Of a stretch of 55,819 nt of DNA, positions 7,301-16,074 are shown piece after piece (the first letter of the stretch is position 1; each line of letters starts with the position of its first letter). Source of the DNA: Deltaproteobacteria bacterium UBA4427 (GTDB lineage: Bacteria > Myxococcota_A > UBA9160 > UBA4427); assembly GCA_963854795.1 (NCBI GenBank), contig CAWLAJ010000001.1, positions 1 through 55,819 of the forward strand. Reading direction: 5' to 3'. The notes below the pieces were generated by a model. That model saw nothing but the letters and a program-made list of their open reading frames with translations, ran no database searches and was not told the DNA's origin. A program made the translations under genes and the position numbers.

Positions 7301-10005
7301 GTTACCTGTGGACGCATGCGAACGATCCGGTTGAGCGCGCGCGCCAGCCGATCATCGTCCCCCATGTAGATCCCACTCTGCGCGAGAGCCGTGATTCGTC
7401 TGAGGACTCCGAGAATGAGCGAGAGGCGAAGCGTCTTGGCGACCTGACAAGTCAGGATACGCAGCAGGGCGCGGCGAAGTGCATCGCTGGGTGCCAGATC
7501 ATCGACGCCGTAATGAGACAGGGCGGATCGGACGAGATCGAGAAAGACCTCGTCGATCCCTGCGCCTTCCGCTTCGATCCGACGCAGGTACATGCGCAGG
7601 CGAGCACTGTTCGAGGGCCCCGATTGCCCGGAAATCGAAGCGCTCGGCGAGCGAATCGAAAGCAGCTCGACGTCGGCAAACGTCGTCACTTGATTGCGAA
7701 TTTCCGCAAGCTCACGGCTGAAGCTCTCGGAGATCGTCTCCGGCAGCGGGCTCTCGAGAAAGGACGCCAGGGATTCCGCGCGATCGGGGTTCGCGTCGTA
7801 GCCAAGCAACACACGGCGAATCTCTTCACGCACCGCGTCGATCGCGAGGCGACGGGATGCGAGGTCCGCTCGGTCTGCTGCGGCGAGATCGGGCTCGCCG
7901 AGTTGCCGCACACCGTCCGAAAGGTCCTTCGGTCGAAAGAGCAAGGCCAGCGGATCGATTTGCTCGGGCAGACGAAGACGCTCACGCTCCGACTCGTCGC
8001 CGGATTCGGAATCGAGCTCCTCGATTATGAGAATCAGGTCTCCGGCGGCAACCTGCTGGCCCTTTTGAGCGAGAATTTCCTTGATGGTTCCCGAGACCGG
8101 CGCCTGGAAGCCGATCTCCATTTTCATCGCTTCGAGCAGACCCAGCGGCTCGCCAGCGGCGACGCTCTGGCCGACCTCGACCTGGATCGAGACGACCACC
8201 GCGGGCGTTCCCGATCGCACTTGCCCCGCCGTCTGCGAACCGAAACGAAAGGGATGTCCGTCGACTTCGAGTCTCAGTCCGCGGTCGTTCGCATCGTGAA
8301 GTATCCGACGAACACGGTCGTCGATGATCAGCCGACCGGCATGCTCCCCTTCCTCTCGCATCGTCGCGCCCACGGCCATCCCTTCGAGATGAACGCGGTA
8401 ACGCCATGAGCCGATCGCATAGACCTTGAGCCGATAGCTCTCAGCACCAAAGGTGAGGTCGATTTGCTGACCGTCCGAAGACGGAAGCCGATCTGCCCCT
8501 CCGCGAGCATCCAGGATTCCGGTTCGCAGCGTCGCGCGGGTTCTCTGATACGACAGGATCGCCGCGGCCACCAGCGCGTCACGAGAGACTTCGGGATGCG
8601 ATTGGACGACGTTCGCGCGTGATGCCGACCATCGATCGAGCCAACGCGTGTCGACCCCACCCTTTCGAAAATCATCACTGTCGAGAACGTCGAGCAGGTA
8701 GCCCTTGTTGGTTGCGCCGCCTTCGACCACGAGTTCTAGATCACGCAGCGAACAAGAAAGGCGCGCGATTACGTCGTTTCGATCATCTCCGTTCGAGATG
8801 ACCTTCACGATCAGTGAATCGAAATCCGAAGAAACGAGCGAGCCCGTCACGACGCCGGAGTCGACGCGGGTATTGGGTCCAAGCGCGGGTTCGAAGAGTG
8901 CTATGCGGCCTGGCGAGGGCAGAAAGCCCTCGTCGGGATCTTCTGCGCAAATGCGGGCTTCGAGGGCCATGCCCCTTTGTTGGATGGAAACCTTGGCGAT
9001 CGACTCGCCGCGGGCGATGCGAATCTGGAGTTCGACTAGATCGACACCCGTAATGATCTCGGTGATTCCGTGTTCGACTTGCAGACGAGGATTCACCTCG
9101 AGAAAGAAGTAGTCGCTGCCCGTCAGCAGAAACTCGACCGTTCCGACGCCGTGATAACCCACGTGCTCGATCAAGCGGACGGCGGCATCCTCCAATCGAT
9201 CGAGCAATTCCTTGGACAAACCGGGCGGCGGCGCTTCCTCGAGTACCTTCTGATTGCGTCTCTGGACGGAACAGTCGCGACAACCGAGCGACATGGCGTA
9301 GCCATGAGTGTCCGCTGCGACCTGCACCTCGATATGGCGACCATCGCGAACCATCGCTTCGACGAAGAGCGCATTGTTCCCGAATGCCGAGCCGGCCTCG
9401 GACTGTGCCGACCGAAAGGCTTCTGCCAGTTGGGCGGGCTCGTCGACCATGCGAATACCGCGTCCCCCGCCCCCGGCCGTCGCCTTCAAGACGACGGGAA
9501 AACCGATTCGCTTGGCGTGTTCGAGTGCATCCGCTTCGTCAACGAGCGCGCGACCACTCCATTTGGTCACAGGAACGCCGGCTTTTTCTGCCAGTAGCTT
9601 GGCAGTGATCTTGTCGCCAAGTGATCTCATCGCGCTAGCACTCGGCCCGAGGAAGACGATGCCTTCGGTGGTCAAGCGATCGACGAAGGTCGGGTCCTCG
9701 GCGACAAAGCCCCAGCCTGGCCAGACCGCGTCGGCGCCGACCGATCGCAACGCGGCCAATACGGCGTCGTGGTCGAGATAGGCGGCGACCGCTCCGTTCT
9801 CCGCCGAAAGAGCCACCGCCCGATCCGCCTGCCGCACGAAGAGTGCGTCGCGATCCGGCGGCGTGTAGAGCGCGATCAGTTCCAGACCGCCCCCTTCGGC
9901 TTCACGAAGGCTCTTGGCAGTTCGCAGACATCGAACGGCAGCCTCGCCCCGATTCACGATGGCAAGACGCTCAATTCTTCGTAGGATCCCCTTGGCGCTT
10001 GTCAT
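4384..10005 (-). CDS. single-chain multidomain biotin-dependent acyl-CoA carboxylase (BC - BCCP - long central region - CT), 1873 aa
   Basis: The N-terminal biotin carboxylase ATP-grasp domain shows IVNRGEAAVR, KATAGGGGRGIR and EVNPRLQVEH. The biotinyl domain carries LEAMKMEI (Lys codon at 8122-8124, residue 628). The C-terminal carboxyltransferase is of eukaryotic ACC type (ISSGARIAMDSG, LANLSGFDGSPESL, RYHGGAYVVFS). ATGA overlap with the PPTase stop at 10002-10005. Confidence 0.9.
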   Translation of the reverse strand: MTSAKGILRRIERLAIVNRGEAAVRCLRTAKSLREAEGGGLELIALYTPPDRDALFVRQADRAVALSAENGAVAAYLDHDAVLAALRSVGADAVWPGWGFVAEDPTFVDRLTTEGIVFLGPSASAMRSLGDKITAKLLAEKAGVPVTKWSGRALVDEADALEHAKRIGFPVVLKATAGGGGRGIRMVDEPAQLAEAFRSAQSEAGSAFGNNALFVEAMVRDGRHIEVQVAADTHGYAMSLGCRDCSVQRRNQKVLEEAPPPGLSKELLDRLEDAAVRLIEHVGYHGVGTVEFLLTGSDYFFLEVNPRLQVEHGITEIITGVDLVELQIRIARGESIAKVSIQQRGMALEARICAEDPDEGFLPSPGRIALFEPALGPNTRVDSGVVTGSLVSSDFDSLIVKVISNGDDRNDVIARLSCSLRDLELVVEGGATNKGYLLDVLDSDDFRKGGVDTRWLDRWSASRANVVQSHPEVSRDALVAAAILSYQRTRATLRTGILDARGGADRLPSSDGQQIDLTFGAESYRLKVYAIGSWRYRVHLEGMAVGATMREEGEHAGRLIIDDRVRRILHDANDRGLRLEVDGHPFRFGSQTAGQVRSGTPAVVVSIQVEVGQSVAAGEPLGLLEAMKMEIGFQAPVSGTIKEILAQKGQQVAAGDLILIIEELDSESGDESERERLRLPEQIDPLALLFRPKDLSDGVRQLGEPDLAAADRADLASRRLAIDAVREEIRRVLLGYDANPDRAESLASFLESPLPETISESFSRELAEIRNQVTTFADVELLSIRSPSASISGQSGPSNSARLRMYLRRIEAEGAGIDEVFLDLVRSALSHYGVDDLAPSDALRRALLRILTCQVAKTLRLSLILGVLRRITALAQSGIYMGDDDRLARALNRIVRMRPQVTDAVADAALESAYVVFQQPGIEERAKRSSGTVEEWLAAAEVDLIAPPTGVLLEVASSPRLVFERVGRWIGGSDTNRRAIALAAHVQRRYAPSTPVAFRRVRVDGEPIHCVEYRGKGVVLAATGDVAQTSLWVDRLMRGAQSLLEHDPKTPVLALEYLMPLGEEFDWEATLGAIRDTYRDRVFAWRLTIGVLTPDGEGDVYRTLVCRGGEIEVAVEHYDLHPETADRIDLQRYQAFDLERLNAEEGIYAFHGRAHDAPGDERVFVLADARDRSPEPGRELYHHLATFERVFNRAARRLRTILQTHDPRRRLQWNRIAIFVAPSIFVDPDVATDIARRLAPATRHLGLEKVLVRLNRLDRENPDEPAVPWELIITDTGEQLEVVWREPHDSVLAPTQEYQRKVVAARRRRHIYPYEIVRMLTSESKDGAGADATFEEYELDPASDAPRAMSVADRPHGQNRSAVVFGLIRTPTEKVPEGMLRVLVLSDPTMDMGALSAPECDRMIAAFDLAESLCVPLEWVPISSGARIAMDSGTENLDATARVVRRIVTFTQSGGVVHIIVQGINVGAQSYFDALATMLMHTRGVLIMTQNASMVLTGRAALEASGAVSAEDEVAIGGFERIMGPNGEAQYFARNLADAYRILYEHYEFTYVVPGESRPRLFATSDKKSRSIGDTQLKNGDSNGISTVGELFDVEANPGRKRPFSMRSVMASLIDVDGGHLERWSAWVGAETAIIWDAHVGGQPISLIGIESQNVPRDGYHPIDGPESWNGGTLFPQSSKKVARAINAASGNRPVVVLANLSGFDGSPESLRKIQLENGAEIARSVVNFEGPIYFAVVSRYHGGAYVVFSQELNDNMKAVALSGSYASVIGGGPAASVVFTREVRAQALDDPRVKDMTEAVRRDPSELNRIALDSVLREVTLEKQASMAVEFDSVHTVERARDVGSLSEIFEPAELRPRLIATLEEARRGNPS

Positions 10006-10760
10006 GCTGTGCGTACTCGCGTCACGACGGAGGGACGCGTGGACTGCTGGCTTGCCAGAGACCGCTCATCCTTCTCTGAATGCGATTCGAGGCCCATCGC
10101 ATAACCAACCCATTTCCCGTGATGCGACAGCGATAGAGACAGGTCGGTTGGGGCGTCGTCGAAGACGAGGGTCGGGATGCGTCCGCGACCCCCGATGGAG
10201 AGTCGCTCCACCGCGACGCCCAGCCTTTGTCCGATTTCGCGGATCGCCAGTTCCCGAACGGCGGTATTCGGGTCCTGCGGCTCGCGACCGAGACTCTCGA
10301 CGGCAAAGTCGACGCCGCCCCAATCCGTCCTGGCCGGCGCCGCGATCACATGGATACGCTCCAAACTCTCGTCCGTCCGCAATTCGAGTTCGAGCGGCTC
10401 TCGTCGTTTCCCGGGTCGAGAGTCGGGTCGAGAGTCGGGCGCGGGCGCCAAGCCAATATCCGGCCATTCGAGTAGGAGACTTCCACGGCGCTCGCGCTTT
10501 TCGGCGCCTTCGCTCGCCATCGGCGCATAACATGCAATCAGTCGCCGCGGCGCGAACACGAATGTCGGATCGATCTGCCGCGCAAGCTTGTAGGCAGCTT
10601 CCTTTGCGGCCCAATGTGCCCATCGTCTCGCGAGCGGATTCGGATCTTCCGCGATCGCACGTCGTTCGCTCTCGGAAAAGACGCGTCGATCGAAGCCCGG
10701 CCGAAAGGTCTCCGGGCGAGCGTCGCGATCGCGGAGATCCACGACGTCATTGCCGAGCAT
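10002..10760 (-). CDS. 4'-phosphopantetheinyl transferase
   Basis: GNDVVDL at the N-terminus, RVFSESERRAI, and WAAKEAAYKL (the W/KEA motif of PPTases). ATG at 10760 (the track starts at the TTG at 10763). It overlaps the upstream acyltransferase 3' end by 14 nt. It contains a 12-nt tandem duplication encoding PDSRPDSRP. Confidence 0.75.
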   Translation of the reverse strand: MLGNDVVDLRDRDARPETFRPGFDRRVFSESERRAIAEDPNPLARRWAHWAAKEAAYKLARQIDPTFVFAPRRLIACYAPMASEGAEKRERRGSLLLEWPDIGLAPAPDSRPDSRPGKRREPLELELRTDESLERIHVIAAPARTDWGGVDFAVESLGREPQDPNTAVRELAIREIGQRLGVAVERLSIGGRGRIPTLVFDDAPTDLSLSLSHHGKWVGYAMGLESHSEKDERSLASQQSTRPSVVTRVRTA

Positions 10761-11559
10761 CAAAATAGTCCCTTTCCAGATGTGCGAGCTGACGGGTCAC
10801 CTGACGCGACAGATCGAGCGAACGGCGCACGCCGCGCGCGTCGCTCTTCGGTTCGATACAGACCATTGAAACGTCGAAGACATCCCCCTTCTCGGGAAAA
10901 TCACTCCAGGACGTCTGCCTGTGCCCGCGCAAATAGACACAGAGCACGCGACAGCGGGGAACGCGACCCACGACACGACCCACACCCCAGGCCGCGGCCT
11001 CTTCATCCACGCGGCCGGATCGGCTTCGACCCGCTTCCGGAAAGAGCAAGGCCGTCTCGCCGCTCGAGAGCAGGTACCGAACACGCTCGAGGACCGAGGC
11101 AACGCCTTCGCGCGATCCTCCACGTGTGATCGAAATGCACTTCATCCAGTAGATCATGATCCGCGAGGTCCACGTCGTCCCAAAATTCGTGCTCTCCGGA
11201 GTGTTCCAGACCATCTCGTCGGGGTGGGTCAGCCAATACACGCCCGATCCCAAGGCCCAGGAGACCAGGAACGAATCGACCAGGGTCAGATGATTGGCAC
11301 AGATGAGCATCGGGGCGTTCGATTGGCGCCGAATTCGTTGGTACTCCGCACGAAGCGAAGTGACTCTCTCGATCCGGTATCGGAAATGGAAACGCATCGC
11401 GAGGATCGTCAGACCTAGCCAGATCGGCGAGGTCAAGATGCTCACGATTCGCTGCCGCCCATGGCGGCGCACCATCAGGGAATCCCCGCCAGCGGGCCCT
11501 CTCGCCACGGTCGGAGAATCCGAGCGATGGTCCTCCGCGCCGGTCATCTGGTCATTCAT
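10747..11559 (-). CDS. PlsC-family (1-acyl-sn-glycerol-3-phosphate / lysophospholipid) acyltransferase
   Basis: H-x4-D block ANHLTLVDS, FPEAGRSRSG block, and an N-terminal TM segment IVSILTSPIWLGLTILAM. Confidence 0.8.
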   Translation of the reverse strand: MNDQMTGAEDHRSDSPTVARGPAGGDSLMVRRHGRQRIVSILTSPIWLGLTILAMRFHFRYRIERVTSLRAEYQRIRRQSNAPMLICANHLTLVDSFLVSWALGSGVYWLTHPDEMVWNTPESTNFGTTWTSRIMIYWMKCISITRGGSREGVASVLERVRYLLSSGETALLFPEAGRSRSGRVDEEAAAWGVGRVVGRVPRCRVLCVYLRGHRQTSWSDFPEKGDVFDVSMVCIEPKSDARGVRRSLDLSRQVTRQLAHLERDYFDARQ

Positions 11560-11595
11560 TTCGGGACTCGCATATGCAGGTCTCTCGAAATCGAA

Positions 11596-11841
11596 TCAGA
11601 GCTTTCCCGAAATGAGATTGACGGCATCGCCCACGGTATTGACCTGATCAACGTCTTCATCCGCAATCTCGATATCGAAATCGTCTTCAAAGGCGATGAC
11701 GACATCCACGAGTCGCGCCGAATTGACTTTGAGATCGTCCAGAATATTGGTCTCCATCGAGACCTGGCCCAATGCCGCTTCGTCCTTGACCCACGGCGTG
11801 AGAATCTTGACGACTCGCTCCATCACTTCCGACTGTTCCAT
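11596..11841 (-). CDS. acyl carrier protein (atypical attachment-site motif)
   Basis: 81 aa, acidic, four-helix ACP pattern. The presumed phosphopantetheine serine lies in DDLKVNSARLVDVV instead of the canonical DLGxDSLDxVE. Confidence 0.8.
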   Translation of the reverse strand: MEQSEVMERVVKILTPWVKDEAALGQVSMETNILDDLKVNSARLVDVVIAFEDDFDIEIADEDVDQVNTVGDAVNLISGKL

Positions 11842-11922
11842 CCTTCACTCCCTCTTCTTGGCTCTTGTTACTTCTGTCTTTTCTTCATGAGAATCTCATT
11901 CGCTCGTTGGAAGAATCTCCGA

Positions 11923-11938
11923 CGAACGCATGCGTTCG
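11923..11938. promoter_or_regulatory. perfect 16-nt palindrome CGAACGCATGCGTTCG between the KS stop and the ACP start (hairpin or operator)
   Basis: Read directly from the sequence. It lies in the 103-nt gap, the largest intergenic gap inside the operon. Confidence 0.3.
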
Positions 11939-11944
11939 CGAGCG

Positions 11945-13237
11945 CTACTCCTTGTAGCGCTTGAAAACGAGACAGGCATTGACGTCGCCGAATCCAAATC
12001 CGGCCTTTACGAGTACTTCGAGGTCCGGCATTTCGATCATGCTATGCGGAATCGATTTCGCGTGCTTTTCGATTTCCGGATGAATGTCCTCACAGTTGAT
12101 CGAAGGATGGACGAAGCCACGCTCGACCATCAAGATCGACGCGACGGCTTCGAGACCTCCGGCCGCTCCGAGCGCATGTCCCACCATGCTCTTGGTTGCC
12201 GTCAGTGGCGGCAGTGATCCGGGATCTCGTCCCAACGCCTTCGCCCAGGAATCGACTTCCTTCGGATCCGCTCCGGTCGCAGTCAGATGACCATTGATCG
12301 CATCGACTTCGTCGGGACGAACACCGGCGTCCGCGAGAGCGTCGGAAATACAGCGCTGAACGCTGGTCGGATTCGGAGCCGTCATGCTGCCGCCCATTCG
12401 ATGGCCGCCACAATTGATGCCAGAACCCGCGAGTTCGGCACGAATCTTCGCACCTCGCGCCAGCGCACTCTCGAGGCTTTCGAGCATGACGGCGCCGGCA
12501 CCCGAACCGGGTATGAAACCACCCGCGGACGCACTCAAGGGCCGCGATGCCTTTTCAGGTTCGTCATTCGAATTGCGATTCAAGACGCGCATCGAATCGA
12601 ACCCCGCCCAGATGAAATGACTCGCCGCCTCGACTCCGCCGCAGAGCATCCGATCGGCCAGCCCCGCACGAATCCGTTCCATTCCCATAGAGAGGGCTTC
12701 GGTTCCCGTGCTGCAAGCGCTGGAATTGGTCGTCACCTGATTGCCGAGAGCCAGCAGCCCCGAAAGCCGCGCCGAAATTCCGCTGGCCATCACCTGCTCA
12801 ACGCAGACCGAGCCCATTCGCCGCACCTTGGCAGCATTGGTGAGAGGAACGACTTTTTCGGCGATCGTATCCATTCCCCCGATCCCGGTACCCATGATTG
12901 CGCCGGTTTCCCAATTCACTTCGTCAGAGTCCTCGGCGGGACGTTCGAGTCCGGCGTCCAACCACGCCTCGATCGCCGCGAGTCCCGCGTAACGATGATT
13001 CATATTCATCGCCATCAGCTGTTCTTCGGTAAAAGTCTCTTCACATAGCGCGTCCACACCTTCGGGCGTACCCGCAACCGTGCAGCCGAATTTCGCTTCG
13101 GCCATCGCTTCCTGATGTCGCAGGCCCGAGTGACCCTTGCGCAGTGCCATCTCGAAATCAGCCACGCCGTTCCCGTTCGGCGCGATGACGCCGATGCCGG
13201 TAATGACCACGCGCTTGCGTTCCTGGTTCCCACTCAT
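11945..13237 (-). CDS. beta-ketoacyl-ACP synthase I/II (FabB/FabF-like elongating KS)
   Basis: VVITGIGVIAPNG; active-site Cys in NSSACSTG; His residues in INGHLTAT and MVGHALGAAG. I prefer the ATG at 13237 (MSGNQERK...), which forms an ATGA overlap with the dehydratase stop. The track start at 13273 would overlap further. Confidence 0.85.
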   Translation of the reverse strand: MSGNQERKRVVITGIGVIAPNGNGVADFEMALRKGHSGLRHQEAMAEAKFGCTVAGTPEGVDALCEETFTEEQLMAMNMNHRYAGLAAIEAWLDAGLERPAEDSDEVNWETGAIMGTGIGGMDTIAEKVVPLTNAAKVRRMGSVCVEQVMASGISARLSGLLALGNQVTTNSSACSTGTEALSMGMERIRAGLADRMLCGGVEAASHFIWAGFDSMRVLNRNSNDEPEKASRPLSASAGGFIPGSGAGAVMLESLESALARGAKIRAELAGSGINCGGHRMGGSMTAPNPTSVQRCISDALADAGVRPDEVDAINGHLTATGADPKEVDSWAKALGRDPGSLPPLTATKSMVGHALGAAGGLEAVASILMVERGFVHPSINCEDIHPEIEKHAKSIPHSMIEMPDLEVLVKAGFGFGDVNACLVFKRYKE

Positions 13238-13692
13238 CGTGGCACTCCCATTCCGGACAGCTCTCCCGAGCAAACGACCGTCCCATCATCGATCGTCATC
13301 TCAAAGGTGGCACGCAGTTTCTTGCGGCGAAAGAACTTCACGCGTCCGGTCGTCTGAACCCGATCTCCCGGCCGTACGGCGCCCGAGAAATCAATGTTGC
13401 AATCGGTAAAGATCGTGAGCAGCTTGCCGACATCCTCCCGCGAAGTCTGGAGCGCATAGAGGTAAATGCCAAACGCAACGACACTCGCCTGCGCGGCGGT
13501 TTCGATCAAGATGACACCCGGCGTGATCGGATTGCCCGGGAAGTGGCCGCGATAGAAGTCGGCTTCTGGCGAGAAGGTATGGCGCGCCACGATATGGTCG
13601 GCATCGAGTTCGAGAATCTCGTCGATGAAACGAAACGGCTCCTGTTGCGGCACCAATGCCAGGACTTCGGCGACCGAAAGTGTGTCACCCAC
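13234..13692 (-). CDS. fabZ: 3-hydroxyacyl-ACP dehydratase, FabZ-like hotdog fold
   Basis: PFRFIDEILELD...GHFPGNPITPGVILIETAAQ signature. The preferred start is the GTG at 13692, preceded by GGAGG with an 8-nt spacer. The alternative ATG at 13713 lacks an SD. The track start at 13785 lies inside fabG. Confidence 0.75.
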   Translation of the reverse strand: MGDTLSVAEVLALVPQQEPFRFIDEILELDADHIVARHTFSPEADFYRGHFPGNPITPGVILIETAAQASVVAFGIYLYALQTSREDVGKLLTIFTDCNIDFSGAVRPGDRVQTTGRVKFFRRKKLRATFEMTIDDGTVVCSGELSGMGVPR

Positions 13693-14413
13693 CGTACATG
13701 CCTCCGTTGACATGGAGGACCGTCCCATTGATGTAACTCCCGCGCGTCGCGAGAAACGCGACGACATCGGCGATCTCATCCGCATTGCCCATTCTCCCCA
13801 TCGGGATCTTGGCCAGAATCGCTTCCTTGACTTCTTCTGGTAGCTCTTTGGTCATTTCGGTATCGATGAACCCGGGCGCGATCGAATTGATCAGGATGTC
13901 GCGGCCGGCGAGTTCCTGTGCGACGGACTTGGTCATGGCATCGAGACCCGCCTTCACCATCGTATAGGGAACCTGCCCGGGATTCCCGGTATGTCCGACC
14001 ACGCTCGAAATATTGATGATGCGCCCCGTTCCCTTCCGCAACATGAATCGACGCAAGATCAACTTCGTGAGATACCAGGTTCCCCGCTCGACACTGGCGA
14101 CGGCATCATATTGGTCGAGTTTCATCGCGAGCATCGGCGCGTTTTCGTTGTAGCCCGCGTTGTTGACGAGGACGTCGACGCGTCCGGCAACTTCTTTGAG
14201 TTCCTTGACGAGTGCATCGAGGGTTTCGGGTTCCATCAGGTCGGCCCGGATCGTGAAGGCGCCATCGAGTTCGGCGGCGAGCTTTTTGGCCTTTTCCTCG
14301 CTCGAGCGATAGTGGATGCCCACTCGAAAACCCTCGCCGGCAAGTCGACGACAACAAGTGGCACCGATTCCGGTTCCACCTCCCGTCACCAACGCGATCG
14401 GCTGATCACTCAT
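13685..14413 (-). CDS. fabG: 3-oxoacyl-ACP reductase (SDR)
   Basis: TGGGTGIG cofactor motif, NNAG, and the catalytic YTMVK (Y-x3-K). 242 aa. ATGA overlap with the fabA stop at 14410-14413. Confidence 0.85.
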   Translation of the reverse strand: MSDQPIALVTGGGTGIGATCCRRLAGEGFRVGIHYRSSEEKAKKLAAELDGAFTIRADLMEPETLDALVKELKEVAGRVDVLVNNAGYNENAPMLAMKLDQYDAVASVERGTWYLTKLILRRFMLRKGTGRIINISSVVGHTGNPGQVPYTMVKAGLDAMTKSVAQELAGRDILINSIAPGFIDTEMTKELPEEVKEAILAKIPMGRMGNADEIADVVAFLATRGSYINGTVLHVNGGMYGG

Positions 14414-15003
14414 CGTTCCGTCCTTCCGCCATGGGCGTTCTCGCTCTCGAAGGGGTAGTCCGGATAGTCGATCCCTTGAAAGAGCCCGACCCGAGCACCC
14501 TTGATCGTATAGATTTCCTCGTCATCGATCAGCACCTGCGCGTCGCCGATCACCATCGCCGCGCCCGCCTTCTTGAGTTCGGTGTAGCGCTTGATCTGAA
14601 CCTCGTATCGCATCATCCCGTCGTGCGGCCGGATTTGACCAAAGAACTCGACCTCTCCGCACCCGAGTGCCCGTCCGGTCCCGACGCCCCCTCGCCAATT
14701 GCAATAGAAACCGAGCAGCTGCCAGACACCATCGAGGCCGAGACATCCCGGCTGAACCGGGTCATCCAGGAAATGACAATGAAAGAACCAATCATCGAGC
14801 CGCACATCACGAGCCGCGCTGATCTTTCCGCGACTCTTGTCGGCGCTGATCTCGTCGATCCGGTCGACCATCAACATCGGCGGTAGCGGCAAGCGCGCGC
14901 GAAAACCCTCCGGCGGATCCTTGATCAAACGGCCATAGGCAAAGGCGAGCAACTCCGATTGCGAAAAAGAATCGCGCCCCAGAAACTCAGCATGAGTCAG
15001 CAT
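14410..15003 (-). CDS. fabA: 3-hydroxydecanoyl-ACP dehydratase / trans-2-decenoyl-ACP isomerase
   Basis: Strong match to the FabA core: LPLPPMLMVDRI, DWFFHCHFLDDPVQPGCLGLDGVWQLLGFY, GRALGCGEVEFFGQIRP. Confidence 0.85.
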   Translation of the reverse strand: MLTHAEFLGRDSFSQSELLAFAYGRLIKDPPEGFRARLPLPPMLMVDRIDEISADKSRGKISAARDVRLDDWFFHCHFLDDPVQPGCLGLDGVWQLLGFYCNWRGGVGTGRALGCGEVEFFGQIRPHDGMMRYEVQIKRYTELKKAGAAMVIGDAQVLIDDEEIYTIKGARVGLFQGIDYPDYPFESENAHGGRTER

Positions 15004-15009
15004 TGCAGT

Positions 15010-16005
15010 TCAGTCGTCCTCGTGAAAACGCATAAGATAACTCCCCCAGGTGAGCCCAGAACCCACACCCACGACGCAAATATCATCGTTTTGGGTCCAT
15101 TTGTCCCAATCCTGGGAGATCACACCACCAGAACTCGCCCCGCCTGTATTTCCGAAATACTCACAATTGAAATGATGTCGATCTTCCGGGATTTCACAGC
15201 GCTGACAGACGGATTCGAGCATTCGAAGATTCGCCTGATGACCGACGAAATGAAAATTTCGCTGATCCCCTTCGAATTCTTCGCGAGTCTTCAAATAGAG
15301 ATCGGAGGTCTTGCGAATGGCAAAGGCCTGGACCGTTCGGCCTTCTTGTCGGAAATGCCCATTGCGAGGAATCACGACTTTCCCATGACCGCGGGGATCG
15401 CTGGTCAGTGTTTGACCCAGCAGAGCCGCCCGGCCGCGATGTTTCGTCGAGAGTACTGCCGCGAGCGCGCCATCTCCCCAAAGCACCGCTGAAGATCGGT
15501 CGTTGTAGTCGACGGTTCCCGTCATCGGTTCCGCCGTCACCAACAAGACGACTTCAGGAAGCTTGGCCGGGTCCATCAACGAAAGCATGTAGATGCCCGC
15601 AATGAAACTCGAACACGCCGAACTGATGTCGAGACAGGCCGCCTCGACTTCGAGTTCCGCGCCGATATTGCACGCTTCGGCCGGCGACGCCGTATCGGGT
15701 GCGCATCCGCCCCCGATCAAGAGCCCGACATCCGACGTGGATACACCCGCGCGATCCAGCGCCATCCTTGCTGCTCGCCCACCCATCGCGGCATTCGAGA
15801 CCAGGGCGGCTTGCGTGGCTTCGCGGGGATCTCGATTCCGGGTTTCACGAATATAGTCGAGAGGGAGCGCCGTCCGTCGACTGCGGATTCCGGTTCGCTC
15901 GAGAATCCATTCGTCATTGGTGCCGATGTCGAGTTCTTCGAGGAATCGATTCGTAATTTCGTTCTCGGGATGGAAATGGCCCAATCCCAAAAGATTCAAG
16001 CTCAA
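15010..16005 (-). CDS. fabH: 3-oxoacyl-ACP synthase III (KAS III)
   Basis: Cys-His-Asn triad contexts SSACSSF, VGHQANLRM and FGNTGGAS. 331 aa. Confidence 0.8.
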   Translation of the reverse strand: MSLNLLGLGHFHPENEITNRFLEELDIGTNDEWILERTGIRSRRTALPLDYIRETRNRDPREATQAALVSNAAMGGRAARMALDRAGVSTSDVGLLIGGGCAPDTASPAEACNIGAELEVEAACLDISSACSSFIAGIYMLSLMDPAKLPEVVLLVTAEPMTGTVDYNDRSSAVLWGDGALAAVLSTKHRGRAALLGQTLTSDPRGHGKVVIPRNGHFRQEGRTVQAFAIRKTSDLYLKTREEFEGDQRNFHFVGHQANLRMLESVCQRCEIPEDRHHFNCEYFGNTGGASSGGVISQDWDKWTQNDDICVVGVGSGLTWGSYLMRFHEDD

Positions 16006-16074
16006 GACTATTCTCCAAGCTGGATCACGTGTCGCGAGTCGGAAGCCAACGATGCCTCCTCGTGCGATGCGTGT

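Noticed and set aside
10413-10439. Tandem repeats (here, and at 39522-39593) considered as a CRISPR or minisatellite locus
   Set aside because: These are short in-frame coding duplications without spacers. They do not form a repeat-spacer array.
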